Assembly: GCA_944359725.1 (NCBI GenBank)
Contig: CALVSY010000004.1
Location: forward strand, 1,309-65,308
Direction: 5' to 3'
DNA: 64,000 nt
Source: an uncultured Bacilli bacterium
Lineage (GTDB): Bacteria > Bacillota_I > Bacilli_A > RF39 > UBA660
Shown here: positions 28,775-37,344 of the stretch, piece by piece
Layout of the letters: each line of letters opens with the position of its first letter
Numbering within the stretch: position 1 is the first letter of the stretch
Notes under the pieces: generated by a model
What the model was told of the DNA's origin: nothing
Databases searched by the model: none
Seen by the model: the letters and a program-made list of their open reading frames with translations, nothing else
Made by a program: the position numbers and the translations under genes

Positions 28775-29672
28775 TTATGATGTTATTATAATAGGAGCTG
28801 GACCAGCTGGTCTTTGTGCAGCTATATATTTAAAAAGAGCGGGTATTACTCCTTTAATATTAGAAGCATCCGCACCCGGTGGAACACTTAACAAAACTCA
28901 TAAAATAGAGAATTATCCAGGTTACCAAGACGGTGACGGCTCGACGCTTGCTTTTAGAATGTATTCGCAAGTAGAAGCACTTTCCGTTCCGTTTAAAACT
29001 GAAAAAGTAATAAACATAGAAAAGGGAAATGATAGTTATATCGTTATAACAGAAAATAATAAATATACGTCTAATTATATTTTAATAGCAACTGGAAAAA
29101 CACCAAGAAAACTAGAGGTAACAAATGCTGATACGTATGAAAACAAAGGTATATCATATTGTGTAGTGTGTGATGGAGCTTTATATAAGGATAAAGATGT
29201 TATCGTAATCGGTGGCGGTAATTCAGCGATGGAAGCAGCAACATACATGAGCGATATAGCTTCTTGTGTATACATAATAAATAGATCAAACGTATTAAGA
29301 GCAGATGAAAAAGAAAAAGACGTAATAAATCGTAAAAACGTTAAAGTACTTTTAAATAAAAAAGTAAAAGAAGTATTAGGAGATACTAAAAAAATAACTG
29401 GTGTTATTTTAGATGATGATGAAAAGATAGATGCTAGTGCAATATTTGTTTGCATTGGACAAGAAGCATCAATAGCATATTATCAGAACCTTAATTTAGA
29501 GTCTGATAACAAAGGAATAATCGTTGATAATGAAATGAAAACAAGTGATGATAACGTATACGCTGCAGGAGACTCGGTAAGCAAAGATTTATATCAGGTT
29601 GTAACAGCAACAGCAGAAGGTGCTATAGCAGCAACAAACATAATTAAAAAAATAAGAAAGTCTAACAGTTAG
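28758..29672 (+). CDS. trxB: Thioredoxin-disulfide reductase family flavoprotein
   Basis: FAD motif YDVIIIGAGPAGLCAA, redox CxxC CVVCDG and NADPH motif VIVIGGGNSAMEAA. Confidence 0.85.
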   Translation: MKSNVNYDVIIIGAGPAGLCAAIYLKRAGITPLILEASAPGGTLNKTHKIENYPGYQDGDGSTLAFRMYSQVEALSVPFKTEKVINIEKGNDSYIVITENNKYTSNYILIATGKTPRKLEVTNADTYENKGISYCVVCDGALYKDKDVIVIGGGNSAMEAATYMSDIASCVYIINRSNVLRADEKEKDVINRKNVKVLLNKKVKEVLGDTKKITGVILDDDEKIDASAIFVCIGQEASIAYYQNLNLESDNKGIIVDNEMKTSDDNVYAAGDSVSKDLYQVVTATAEGAIAATNIIKKIRKSNS

Positions 29673-29690
29673 TTATTAGACTTTCTTTTT
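29658..29690. terminator. Bidirectional hairpin spanning the overlapping stop codons of trxB and the convergent gene
   Basis: AAGTCTAA (29658-29665) pairs with TTAGACTT (29676-29683). There is a T-run downstream on the + strand and an A-run upstream, which is a T-run on the minus strand. Confidence 0.55.
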
Positions 29691-30643
29691 GTTTTAACAA
29701 TTATTTTCTTTTTCTTTAGAGTCTTACCATTTTCATCAAGATAAATAAAATTATTTATTGTTTTTATTTCATCATCACTATAATTATTCTTATTAAGATT
29801 TTTTTTAAGGTTGTATAAAGAAAGAATATCTCTAGATAAATAATTATCCAAGAACCATTTTAATTCTGTTGTATTAAAATCGCCATCATATTTATCTTGA
29901 GTTTTATAAAATCTAATACCCGCTATTATCTCTTTTTCAGTTATCATGATATCATCTAAAGGATGCTTTAACCAAACAACCGGTTCAACTCTAACCCAAA
30001 CGTAGTCACCATTTTTATATTGTTCACCATTAGAAAGAGTAAAGTTACTATCATTAAAATCCGAATTAGCTCTAATTCTGGCATATATTTCACCATTATA
30101 CTCAAAATACTCTTGCTCTTCTGGCAAAAAGTCTTTATCATTATCATCATATTTTCTACCATCAAAAGTGCAACCAATTCCAATGTTTTTTAATGTTCTA
30201 GAATTATATGCAGATGCTAGTATTTGCTGCATTATGCAATCTACTGCTATACCAGGATAATATCCATATGTTATTTCTTCTAATCCATCTGATCTTGTTT
30301 TAATCGTATGTGGAAGATTTTGGATTTTTGAGTACGGCAAAGCTGCGCGCACTCCAACATGACGTAGGTCACAGAAAAACCAGTGTCTATAACCATCAGA
30401 GTCAACGCCGAGTGCGTATTCATCTACATCTGAATTTTGAAACCAATAACGACCTGTTCTTCCTGATAATGAATTATCATTGGCTATTACGTAGTTATCC
30501 GATACATAAGCTCCTCTTAAAATGGCAGTATCACTAACCGCTGCTTTTGGGTCTATTACTTTAAATATATTTAGTTCATTAACACCATAAACTTGTTCTT
30601 CTGTTAATATTGTTAATTTTGGTATTTCTATAGTCTTATCCAT
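29669..30643 (-). CDS. Cytoplasmic DUF6273-like protein of unknown function
   Basis: 324 aa with no signal peptide or TM segment. Motifs are GRYWFQNS...VGVRAALPY (like the YWLRS...GVRPAL signature) and GYYPG...VRVEPVVWLKH. The tail is K-rich. A GGAAAGGAAAG Shine-Dalgarno sits upstream of the ATG. Confidence 0.6.
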   Translation of the reverse strand: MDKTIEIPKLTILTEEQVYGVNELNIFKVIDPKAAVSDTAILRGAYVSDNYVIANDNSLSGRTGRYWFQNSDVDEYALGVDSDGYRHWFFCDLRHVGVRAALPYSKIQNLPHTIKTRSDGLEEITYGYYPGIAVDCIMQQILASAYNSRTLKNIGIGCTFDGRKYDDNDKDFLPEEQEYFEYNGEIYARIRANSDFNDSNFTLSNGEQYKNGDYVWVRVEPVVWLKHPLDDIMITEKEIIAGIRFYKTQDKYDGDFNTTELKWFLDNYLSRDILSLYNLKKNLNKNNYSDDEIKTINNFIYLDENGKTLKKKKIIVKTKRKSNN

Positions 30644-30716
30644 GATTTCTTTCCTTTCCTTGTCTACCTATTATATTTATTTTTTTAATTTAAGCCAATA
30701 AAAACACCCGGATATG

Positions 30717-30745
30717 TTGAAAAAGAAACCATTATCTGATATAAT
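30717..30745 (+). promoter_or_regulatory. Candidate sigma-A promoter of whiA
   Basis: TTGAAA (30717-30722), a 17-nt spacer, then TATAAT (30740-30745). Confidence 0.6.
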
Positions 30746-30768
30746 TCTTATGGTAAGGAAGTGATGGT

Positions 30769-31701
30769 ATGACGTTTTCGAGTAAAATTAAAAAAGAAAT
30801 TAGTACAACTGAGTGTACTAGGGCTGAGTACTTATCTGAATTATCAGGAATAATTAGAACTAGTGCACAAATAAAGATATATAACATAAAAATACAAACT
30901 GAAAATAAGTTTGTTGCAAATCGTATTTTTGGTTTATTTAAAATTTTATATGATATTAACTTAAACATATCATTAAGAAAGAATTACAACTTTAAGAAAA
31001 ATGAAATATACGTACTAGAACTAAAAAAAGAAACGTTAAAAGTACTTCGTGATTTAGGAATAGTAAATGAAAAAAACGAGCTTTTAATAATACCAAATGA
31101 GTCTATGCTTTCTGATGAAGAGTTAAAAAGAGCATACTTAAGGGGCGTGTTTTTAGTTTCTGGAAGCTTAAATGATCCTAAAACATCAAGGTATCATTTG
31201 GAGTTCTTAATTAATGATACTAAGTATGCTAACTTTTTAAACAATTTACTTAATGAGTGTAATTTAAATAGTAAGATCCTGCATCGTAAGAAAGGTTACA
31301 TGATATATATTAAGGAAGCTGAGAAAATAAGTGATTTTCTAAGACTTATAAGAGCTTATAACGGGGTTATGTATTATGAAGAAATAAGAGTTTATCGTGA
31401 AAAGATAAACATGACTAACCGTTTAAATAACTGTGAGCAGGCAAACGTTGAAAAAACGCTTGCAACATCTAATAAACTTATTTCTGAAATTAACTATATA
31501 AAAGAGCGTGATGCATTTGATCTTTTAGATGATAAATTAAAAGAAAGTGCGGACTATAGGGTTAAGTATCCTGATGTATCTTTATTAGAGTTAAGTAAAA
31601 TAATAACTTTGGAAACTGGTTCAAACGTTAGTAAATCATGTTTAAATCACAGGTTTAGAAAGATAAAAGAGTTTGCGGATAAATTAAGGAATCAAAATTA
31701 A
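30769..31701 (+). CDS. whiA: DNA-binding protein WhiA
   Basis: 310 aa. The sequence MTFSSKIKKEIS...RAYLRGVFLVSGSLNDP is a degenerate LAGLIDADG fold, and there is a C-terminal HTH (SKSCLNHRFRKI). Confidence 0.93.
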   Translation: MTFSSKIKKEISTTECTRAEYLSELSGIIRTSAQIKIYNIKIQTENKFVANRIFGLFKILYDINLNISLRKNYNFKKNEIYVLELKKETLKVLRDLGIVNEKNELLIIPNESMLSDEELKRAYLRGVFLVSGSLNDPKTSRYHLEFLINDTKYANFLNNLLNECNLNSKILHRKKGYMIYIKEAEKISDFLRLIRAYNGVMYYEEIRVYREKINMTNRLNNCEQANVEKTLATSNKLISEINYIKERDAFDLLDDKLKESADYRVKYPDVSLLELSKIITLETGSNVSKSCLNHRFRKIKEFADKLRNQN

Positions 31702-31788
31702 TTTAATTAAGTCTTTAAAAAATACCTTTTTTTATGTATAATAGTATTGTTATAAATAATACAAAGTAGCAGGAAAGAAGTGAGGTAA

Positions 31789-32583
31789 ATGGCAAGAGTA
31801 ATAGCATTGGTAAACCAAAAAGGTGGAGTAGGTAAAACAACGACTAGTATAAATTTAGCCGCTTCTTTAGGCGTTCAAGGTAAAAAAGTATTACTTATCG
31901 ATTTAGATCCGCAAGGAAATTGTTCGACTGGGGTTGGAATTAATAAAGGTGATGTTTCAAAAAGCATTTATGATCTTTTGCTTGGAAGATGTAAGGCGCT
32001 TGATGCAATAATAAAAACTAACTTTAAGAATTTAAGTATAATTCCTGCAACGATTAATCTAGCAGGTGCAGATATAGAGTTAATTGAAAAGTCAAAGGCT
32101 GATCCTACTTTTCAAAAAAACATGCAGTTAAAACTTGCAATTGAACCTATTAAGGATAATTATGATTATATTATTATAGATTGCCCACCATCTTTAGGGC
32201 TTTTAACAACTAATGCTCTAACGGCTGCTAATTCTGTTTTAATACCAGTTCAGTGTGAGTTCTTTGCATTAGAAGGTATTATGCAGCTTCTAAATTCAAT
32301 CATGCTTGCACAAAGAAAACTTAATCCAACGCTTGAAATAGAAGGAGTACTTTTAACCATGCTTGATTCTAGAACTAATTTAGGACTAGAAGTAGTAGAA
32401 GAAATAAGAGGCTTTTTTAAAGAAAGGGTTTATAATACGTTAATTCCAAGATTAATAAGGCTAACTGAGGCACCTTCTCATGGAAAGCCAATAATCGCGT
32501 ATGATCCAATGAGTAGGGGTACCGAAGCGTACCTTAACTTAGCAAAGGAGGTAATTGAACATAATGAAGGAAGAACAGAGTAA
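31789..32583 (+). CDS. soj: Chromosome partitioning ATPase ParA/Soj
   Basis: Deviant Walker A NQKGGVGKTTT and the motif IIDCPPSLG. Confidence 0.95.
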   Translation: MARVIALVNQKGGVGKTTTSINLAASLGVQGKKVLLIDLDPQGNCSTGVGINKGDVSKSIYDLLLGRCKALDAIIKTNFKNLSIIPATINLAGADIELIEKSKADPTFQKNMQLKLAIEPIKDNYDYIIIDCPPSLGLLTTNALTAANSVLIPVQCEFFALEGIMQLLNSIMLAQRKLNPTLEIEGVLLTMLDSRTNLGLEVVEEIRGFFKERVYNTLIPRLIRLTEAPSHGKPIIAYDPMSRGTEAYLNLAKEVIEHNEGRTE

Positions 32584-33451
32584 AAGAAGAGCTTTAGGAA
32601 TGGGATTAGAACAACTTTTCAACACTGAGGTTTTAGACTTTAACAACATAGAAAACAAAATCATCGATGAAACTCCAAAAGATGAGATAGTAGAGCTAAA
32701 CTTAAACGAGTTAATGCCTAATCCATATCAGCCAAGAAAGGTATTTGATGAGGATGCATTACAAGAGCTTGCCTCATCAATTAAAGAACACGGCGTATTT
32801 CAGCCTATAATAGTTAAAAAAAGTGTTAAAGGCTATAACATAATCGCGGGTGAAAGAAGGGTTAAAGCATCAAAACTAGCAGGCTTAACCAAAATACCTG
32901 CCATAATAAAAGATTTTACTGATGATGAAATGATGCAGGTTGCTCTTTTAGAGAACTTACAAAGAGAGGATTTATCTGCGATAGAAGAGGCTAAAGCATA
33001 TAAATCAATCATTGAAACCATGAGACTAACTCAAGATGAACTTGCTAAAAAACTAGGAAAATCAAGAAGCCACATAACTAACATGTTAGGACTTTTAAGA
33101 CTTCCTTTAAACGTGCAAGACATGGTGTTATATGGAAAGCTTTCAATGGGACATGCCCGCGTATTAAGTAAGCTTGAAAACCATGATCAAATAGAAGAAC
33201 TTGCAAATAAGGTAGTAAATGAAAACCTAAGCGTAAGGGATTTAGAAGAGTTAGCAAACGAAAATACCTTCGCAAGAAAAGCACCAGTAAATAAGCCTAA
33301 AAAATCAAAAGAATATAAACACGTTGAAGATGCTATGAAAGAAAAATTAGGAACTAAAGTAGCAATTTCTGATAATAAAATAAAAATCTCATTTGCAACT
33401 AAAGAGGATTTGAACCGTATTTTAGAGATTTTAAACATAGAAGTAGAATAG
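32564..33451 (+). CDS. spo0J: Chromosome partitioning protein ParB/Spo0J
   Basis: Motifs NPYQPRK and the arginine patch IIAGERRVKASKLAG, plus the HTH ELAKKLGKSRSHITNMLGLLRL. The start at 32564 is uncertain, with an alternative TTG at 32555. Confidence 0.93.
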   Translation: MKEEQSKRRALGMGLEQLFNTEVLDFNNIENKIIDETPKDEIVELNLNELMPNPYQPRKVFDEDALQELASSIKEHGVFQPIIVKKSVKGYNIIAGERRVKASKLAGLTKIPAIIKDFTDDEMMQVALLENLQREDLSAIEEAKAYKSIIETMRLTQDELAKKLGKSRSHITNMLGLLRLPLNVQDMVLYGKLSMGHARVLSKLENHDQIEELANKVVNENLSVRDLEELANENTFARKAPVNKPKKSKEYKHVEDAMKEKLGTKVAISDNKIKISFATKEDLNRILEILNIEVE

Positions 33452-33461
33452 GAGAAGAAAT

Positions 33462-34268
33462 ATGAAAATCTTTGGACTTACAATTGCTGAGGAAATATAC
33501 ATGACGGTTATCATAATCGTTGTGGCGTTTATTTTAGAAAAATTCTTGAAGGCAATTATTAAAAAGACATTTAATCCAGAAAAAAAACATAAAAGGTTTG
33601 ACACAAGAAAAGTAGGGACAATAAGAAGTCTTTTATGTAACGTTGTAAAGTATGTAATTTGGGTATTAGCAATCTTATCATTATTAAGTGTTTACGGTGT
33701 CAACACGGCAGCATTAATAACTGGATTAGGTGTTGTATCATTAGTTGTTGGACTTGCTTTTCAAGATATTTTAAAAGATATTTTAGTAGGTGCATCAATA
33801 TTGTTTGAAAACTGGTATGCGGTAGGAGACCTAGTTAAGATTGGAGACTTTACTGGCACGGTAACTTCAATTGGGCTTAAAGCAACAAGAGTCCAAGCAT
33901 ACACCGGTGAAATAAAAATAATATCAAACAGAAACATAACCGAAGTTATTAACTATAGCTTGGATAAAAGTATGGCAGTAGTAGATGTTCCTGTAAGCTA
34001 TGAAACTGATATAGATAAAGCAGAAAAAATATTAAAAACACGTGCTGCAACGTTAAAAGATAAAATTCCCTTTTTAACAGACGAACCAGAAGTTTGGGGA
34101 GTCGAGGAGTTAGCAGATTCATCAGTGGTAATTAGAGTGGTTGCAAAGTGTAAGCCAACTAAACATTATGAAGCACAAAGACTAATGAAAAAAGAGTTCA
34201 AAGATGCGTTAGATAAAAGTGGTATTAAAATTCCATACATGCAAATAGAGGTTCATAATGAAAAATAA
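33462..34268 (+). CDS. Small-conductance mechanosensitive channel (MscS family)
   Basis: 268 aa with 3 TM segments and a beta domain (GDLVKIGDFTGTVTSIGLKATRVQAYTGEIKIISN). Confidence 0.85.
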   Translation: MKIFGLTIAEEIYMTVIIIVVAFILEKFLKAIIKKTFNPEKKHKRFDTRKVGTIRSLLCNVVKYVIWVLAILSLLSVYGVNTAALITGLGVVSLVVGLAFQDILKDILVGASILFENWYAVGDLVKIGDFTGTVTSIGLKATRVQAYTGEIKIISNRNITEVINYSLDKSMAVVDVPVSYETDIDKAEKILKTRAATLKDKIPFLTDEPEVWGVEELADSSVVIRVVAKCKPTKHYEAQRLMKKEFKDALDKSGIKIPYMQIEVHNEK

Positions 34269-34446
34269 TTATGAATTAAATTCCATTGTTAAAATGAAAA
34301 AACAGCATCCATGTGGTTGTGATACGTTTGAAGTGATTCGTGTTGGTGTAGATATAAAAATCAAATGTACTAACTGTGGAAGAACAATTATGCTACCTAG
34401 AGTAGATTTTAATAAAAAGATTAAAAAGGTTATAACGGAGGAATGA
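34258..34446 (+). CDS. DUF951 family small protein (YyzM-like)
   Basis: 62 aa; MKKQHPCGCDTFEVIRVGVDIKIKCTNCGRTIMLPR forms a CxC...CxxC motif. Confidence 0.8.
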   Translation: MKNNYELNSIVKMKKQHPCGCDTFEVIRVGVDIKIKCTNCGRTIMLPRVDFNKKIKKVITEE

Positions 34447-35990
34447 AAATGATAAATCCAAAAAAATTAAAAAGGTCATCTCATCCAGTAATGTTTTTCA
34501 TATATTTATCAATACTGGTTGTAATAGCAAGTGCAATAGCTAGTACTTTAAATATGCAAGTAACATATGACAGGTTAACAACTATTGCAGGTGAAGTTGA
34601 ATCATCTACCGTTGCGGTTAATTCGCTTTTAAGTTTAGATGGTATAAAGTTTCTTATTACGTCTTGTTATGATAACTTAGTTAATTTTGTACCATTTGGT
34701 TCACTTTTAATCGCTGCAATAGCATTTGGTATTGCATTAAAGTCAGGTTTCTTAAAGGCATTATGTGTAAGAATAACTAAGAAAATACCAAAGTTTATAA
34801 TAGTTTTCATATATTCTTTAATATGTATTATAGCAAGTTTAGATAACAACGTTGGATACGTGCTTTTATTACCATTTGGTGCGGTTTTATTCATGAGTAT
34901 GAACAGAAATCCAATCGGTGGCCTAGCACTTGGCTTTGCATCAATTGCAGCAGGACATGGTGCCGGTCTTTTCCTAACTCAGCTTGATTATAATTTAACT
35001 AGTTATACTGAGGCAAGTGCTAAATTACTTGATACGGAATACTCCATATCACAAAGTGGTAACTTAATATTTATAATAATAGCTTCCATTTTAATTGCTT
35101 GCTTATGTACTTTTATTACCGAGAAAATAGTATCTAGAAAACTAGGTAGAAATCAAATAGAGGAAGACGAAGAATTTGTATTAGAAGAAAGTAAGGAAAA
35201 GAAGGGTATAATAGCAGCGATAATTGCTACAATAATCTGTTTAATACCTATTATTCTTATGATAATTCCAGTAAAAGGCGATAACTTCTTGGGACTTCTT
35301 TTGGATAAATCACAAGACACTTATACACAAATGTTGTTTTCATCAGATTCACTTTTGATGACTAACATGGTTGGTATAGTATCATTTATATTTGCAGTAC
35401 AAGGATTTGTTTTTGGAGTTGTAACCGGAACAATAAGAAAAATAAGAGACATGGTTAACTTTTCAACCGATTATTTAAAAAGTATCGGTGGTATATTCGT
35501 TCTTATTTTCTTTGCGGCACAGTTAAACGCACTTGTTACCGAAACTAATTTTGGCGTTGTTGTAACCGGACTTTTGTCCAACGTGATATCTGCATCAGAG
35601 TTTTCGTTTATTCCATTAATATTATTAATATTTTTCTTTGCTATGGTTACTAACATTCTTCTTCCAGGATCAGTTGCAAAATGGTCGATTATCGCACCTA
35701 ACATAATGCCATCAGTAATAAGGGCTAATATAACACCAGAGTTTGCACAACTAGTATTTAGATTAGGTGAGGCATCAACTAACCTTATTACTCCATTATT
35801 TACATATTTTGTAATATTTATAGGCTTTATAGAGGTATTTACTAAGAATAAAAATGATTTTAGCATAAGAGGGTGCTATAAGGTGATTTTGCCATACTTC
35901 TTAGCAATAACAATATTATTCCTACTTATGATAATTTGTTGGTACGTAGTAGGTATTCCAGTTGGGCCTAACGTTTATCCAACCATTTAA
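34443..35990 (+). CDS. AbgT-family transporter (p-aminobenzoyl-glutamate / antimetabolite transporter family)
   Basis: 515 aa and polytopic. It starts ...HPVMFFIYLSILVV and ends ...WYVVGIPVGPNVYPTI, closely mirroring the E. coli AbgT termini. Confidence 0.85.
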   Translation: MKMINPKKLKRSSHPVMFFIYLSILVVIASAIASTLNMQVTYDRLTTIAGEVESSTVAVNSLLSLDGIKFLITSCYDNLVNFVPFGSLLIAAIAFGIALKSGFLKALCVRITKKIPKFIIVFIYSLICIIASLDNNVGYVLLLPFGAVLFMSMNRNPIGGLALGFASIAAGHGAGLFLTQLDYNLTSYTEASAKLLDTEYSISQSGNLIFIIIASILIACLCTFITEKIVSRKLGRNQIEEDEEFVLEESKEKKGIIAAIIATIICLIPIILMIIPVKGDNFLGLLLDKSQDTYTQMLFSSDSLLMTNMVGIVSFIFAVQGFVFGVVTGTIRKIRDMVNFSTDYLKSIGGIFVLIFFAAQLNALVTETNFGVVVTGLLSNVISASEFSFIPLILLIFFFAMVTNILLPGSVAKWSIIAPNIMPSVIRANITPEFAQLVFRLGEASTNLITPLFTYFVIFIGFIEVFTKNKNDFSIRGCYKVILPYFLAITILFLLMIICWYVVGIPVGPNVYPTI

Positions 35991-36017
35991 AAAGTGCTTT
36001 TGGTAGCACTTTTTTTG
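35991..36017 (+). terminator. Rho-independent terminator after the AbgT gene
   Basis: AAAGTGCT (35991-35998) pairs with AGCACTTT (36005-36012), followed by a T-run. Confidence 0.8.
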
Positions 36018-36049
36018 TGTTAAATAGCTGTACAATTTTGTCACAATTA

Positions 36050-36078
36050 TTGACTCTCTTAAATTTAAAATTTATAAT
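36050..36078 (+). promoter_or_regulatory. Near-consensus sigma-A promoter of the FIST-ALDH-SDR operon
   Basis: TTGACT (36050-36055), a 17-nt spacer, then TATAAT (36073-36078). It is followed by a leader of about 80 nt before the AAAGGAGG Shine-Dalgarno. Confidence 0.7.
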
Positions 36079-36159
36079 TAAGATGGTAGGATAATCTGCC
36101 AAGAAGAAAGGTAGTTAGTATTTGGGTTAATTGATTTTTGTTTAAAAGGAGGTATAAAA

Positions 36160-37335
36160 ATGCTAAAAACAAAAGTTGGTTATAGTGAAAATGTGGACGC
36201 ATACCAATCAGGTGTGGAAACTGCCAAAATGGCGAACGTAATTGATAATCCACAAGTTGGACTATTCTTTACAAGCTGCGTTCAAGATCAAAAAAAATTA
36301 ATGGAAGGAGCTAAAAGCGTATTAGGTAACGTTCCAATTATCGGATGTACTTCATCTGCAGCATTATGTACGCAAGATGGATATCTAAATAAAGAAACTG
36401 GATATTCTGGTATGATGCTTTTCGGTGGTGACGTAAAAGTAGTTACCGCAGGAAGTAAAAAAACTGATGAATCACCAAGAGAAATTGGTAAGAGAATTGC
36501 TAAAGAAGCAGTATCTAAACTTACTGGTGATGATAAGGAACCTGATTTCTTCTTCATGAGTGCATCACCTGCAAACGAAGAAGAGTACTTAAAAGGTATA
36601 CAAGACGTAATAGGTAATATTCCAGTGTTTGGCGGTAGTAGCGCTGATAATACCGTAGAAGGTAAATGGAGCCTTTTAAATGATGGTGATAGCTTTAGTG
36701 ATGGATGTGTAATTGCGATATTCTACACAGATGCAAAGATGAAAAACATCTATACCGGAGCTTATCATGAAACAGATAATGCTGGTATCATAACTAAGGT
36801 AAATGGCGCAAGAACACTTGTTGAAATAGATCATAAGCCAGCACTAGAAGTATATTCAAAATGGACTGGTAAACCAATAGAAAAATTAATGGGTAACAAC
36901 TTACTTACTGAGACGATTTGTGCTCCACTTGGTGTTAAAGATCCAATTGGAAAGGTAACCGCTGTACGTCACCCAATGTTTGCAAATGATGATTTATCTA
37001 TGAACATTGGAGCAGATTTAGCAGTTAACACCGCTGTTATTCAACTTTCAAATACTCCAGAAGGTATTTTAAAAGCAAATGAAGAAACCATTACTAAATT
37101 AAATACTTTAATGGATAATGATGAAGAATCATATTTCTTAGTTCACTGTGGTGGTAGAAGACTTGGTCTTGCACTATCTAATATAGAAGATAAAATTTAT
37201 CCAGAAGTTAAAAAGGTAATTCCAAATAAAGAATTTTTAATGGTATTTACGTTTGGTGAGTATGGACAAGGTGATCACTCTTCTAATACGGTTGGTGGAT
37301 TATCACTTTCATACACTGCTTTTGGAAAGGAATAA
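36160..37335 (+). CDS. Stand-alone FIST (FIST_N + FIST_C) domain protein
   Basis: 391 aa and soluble. Motifs are VGLFFTSC...PIIGCTSSAAL and VFGGSSADN...FTFGEYG, the layout of FIST N and C modules. There is no output domain. Confidence 0.6.
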   Translation: MLKTKVGYSENVDAYQSGVETAKMANVIDNPQVGLFFTSCVQDQKKLMEGAKSVLGNVPIIGCTSSAALCTQDGYLNKETGYSGMMLFGGDVKVVTAGSKKTDESPREIGKRIAKEAVSKLTGDDKEPDFFFMSASPANEEEYLKGIQDVIGNIPVFGGSSADNTVEGKWSLLNDGDSFSDGCVIAIFYTDAKMKNIYTGAYHETDNAGIITKVNGARTLVEIDHKPALEVYSKWTGKPIEKLMGNNLLTETICAPLGVKDPIGKVTAVRHPMFANDDLSMNIGADLAVNTAVIQLSNTPEGILKANEETITKLNTLMDNDEESYFLVHCGGRRLGLALSNIEDKIYPEVKKVIPNKEFLMVFTFGEYGQGDHSSNTVGGLSLSYTAFGKE

Positions 37336-37344
37336 GGTGAATAT

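Noticed and set aside
30732-30968. 78-aa minus-strand ORF overlapping the whiA start.
   Set aside because: It overlaps the whiA promoter and the first 200 nt of whiA. The translation is hydrophobic and low-complexity, and I found no ribosome-binding site. whiA on the + strand is unambiguous.
36241-36252. DnaA-box-like TAATCCACA and scattered TTATCCA-like strings that could mark oriC.
   Set aside because: These are single, imperfect, intragenic occurrences with no cluster of boxes and no adjacent AT-rich unwinding element. oriC is more likely upstream of the window.
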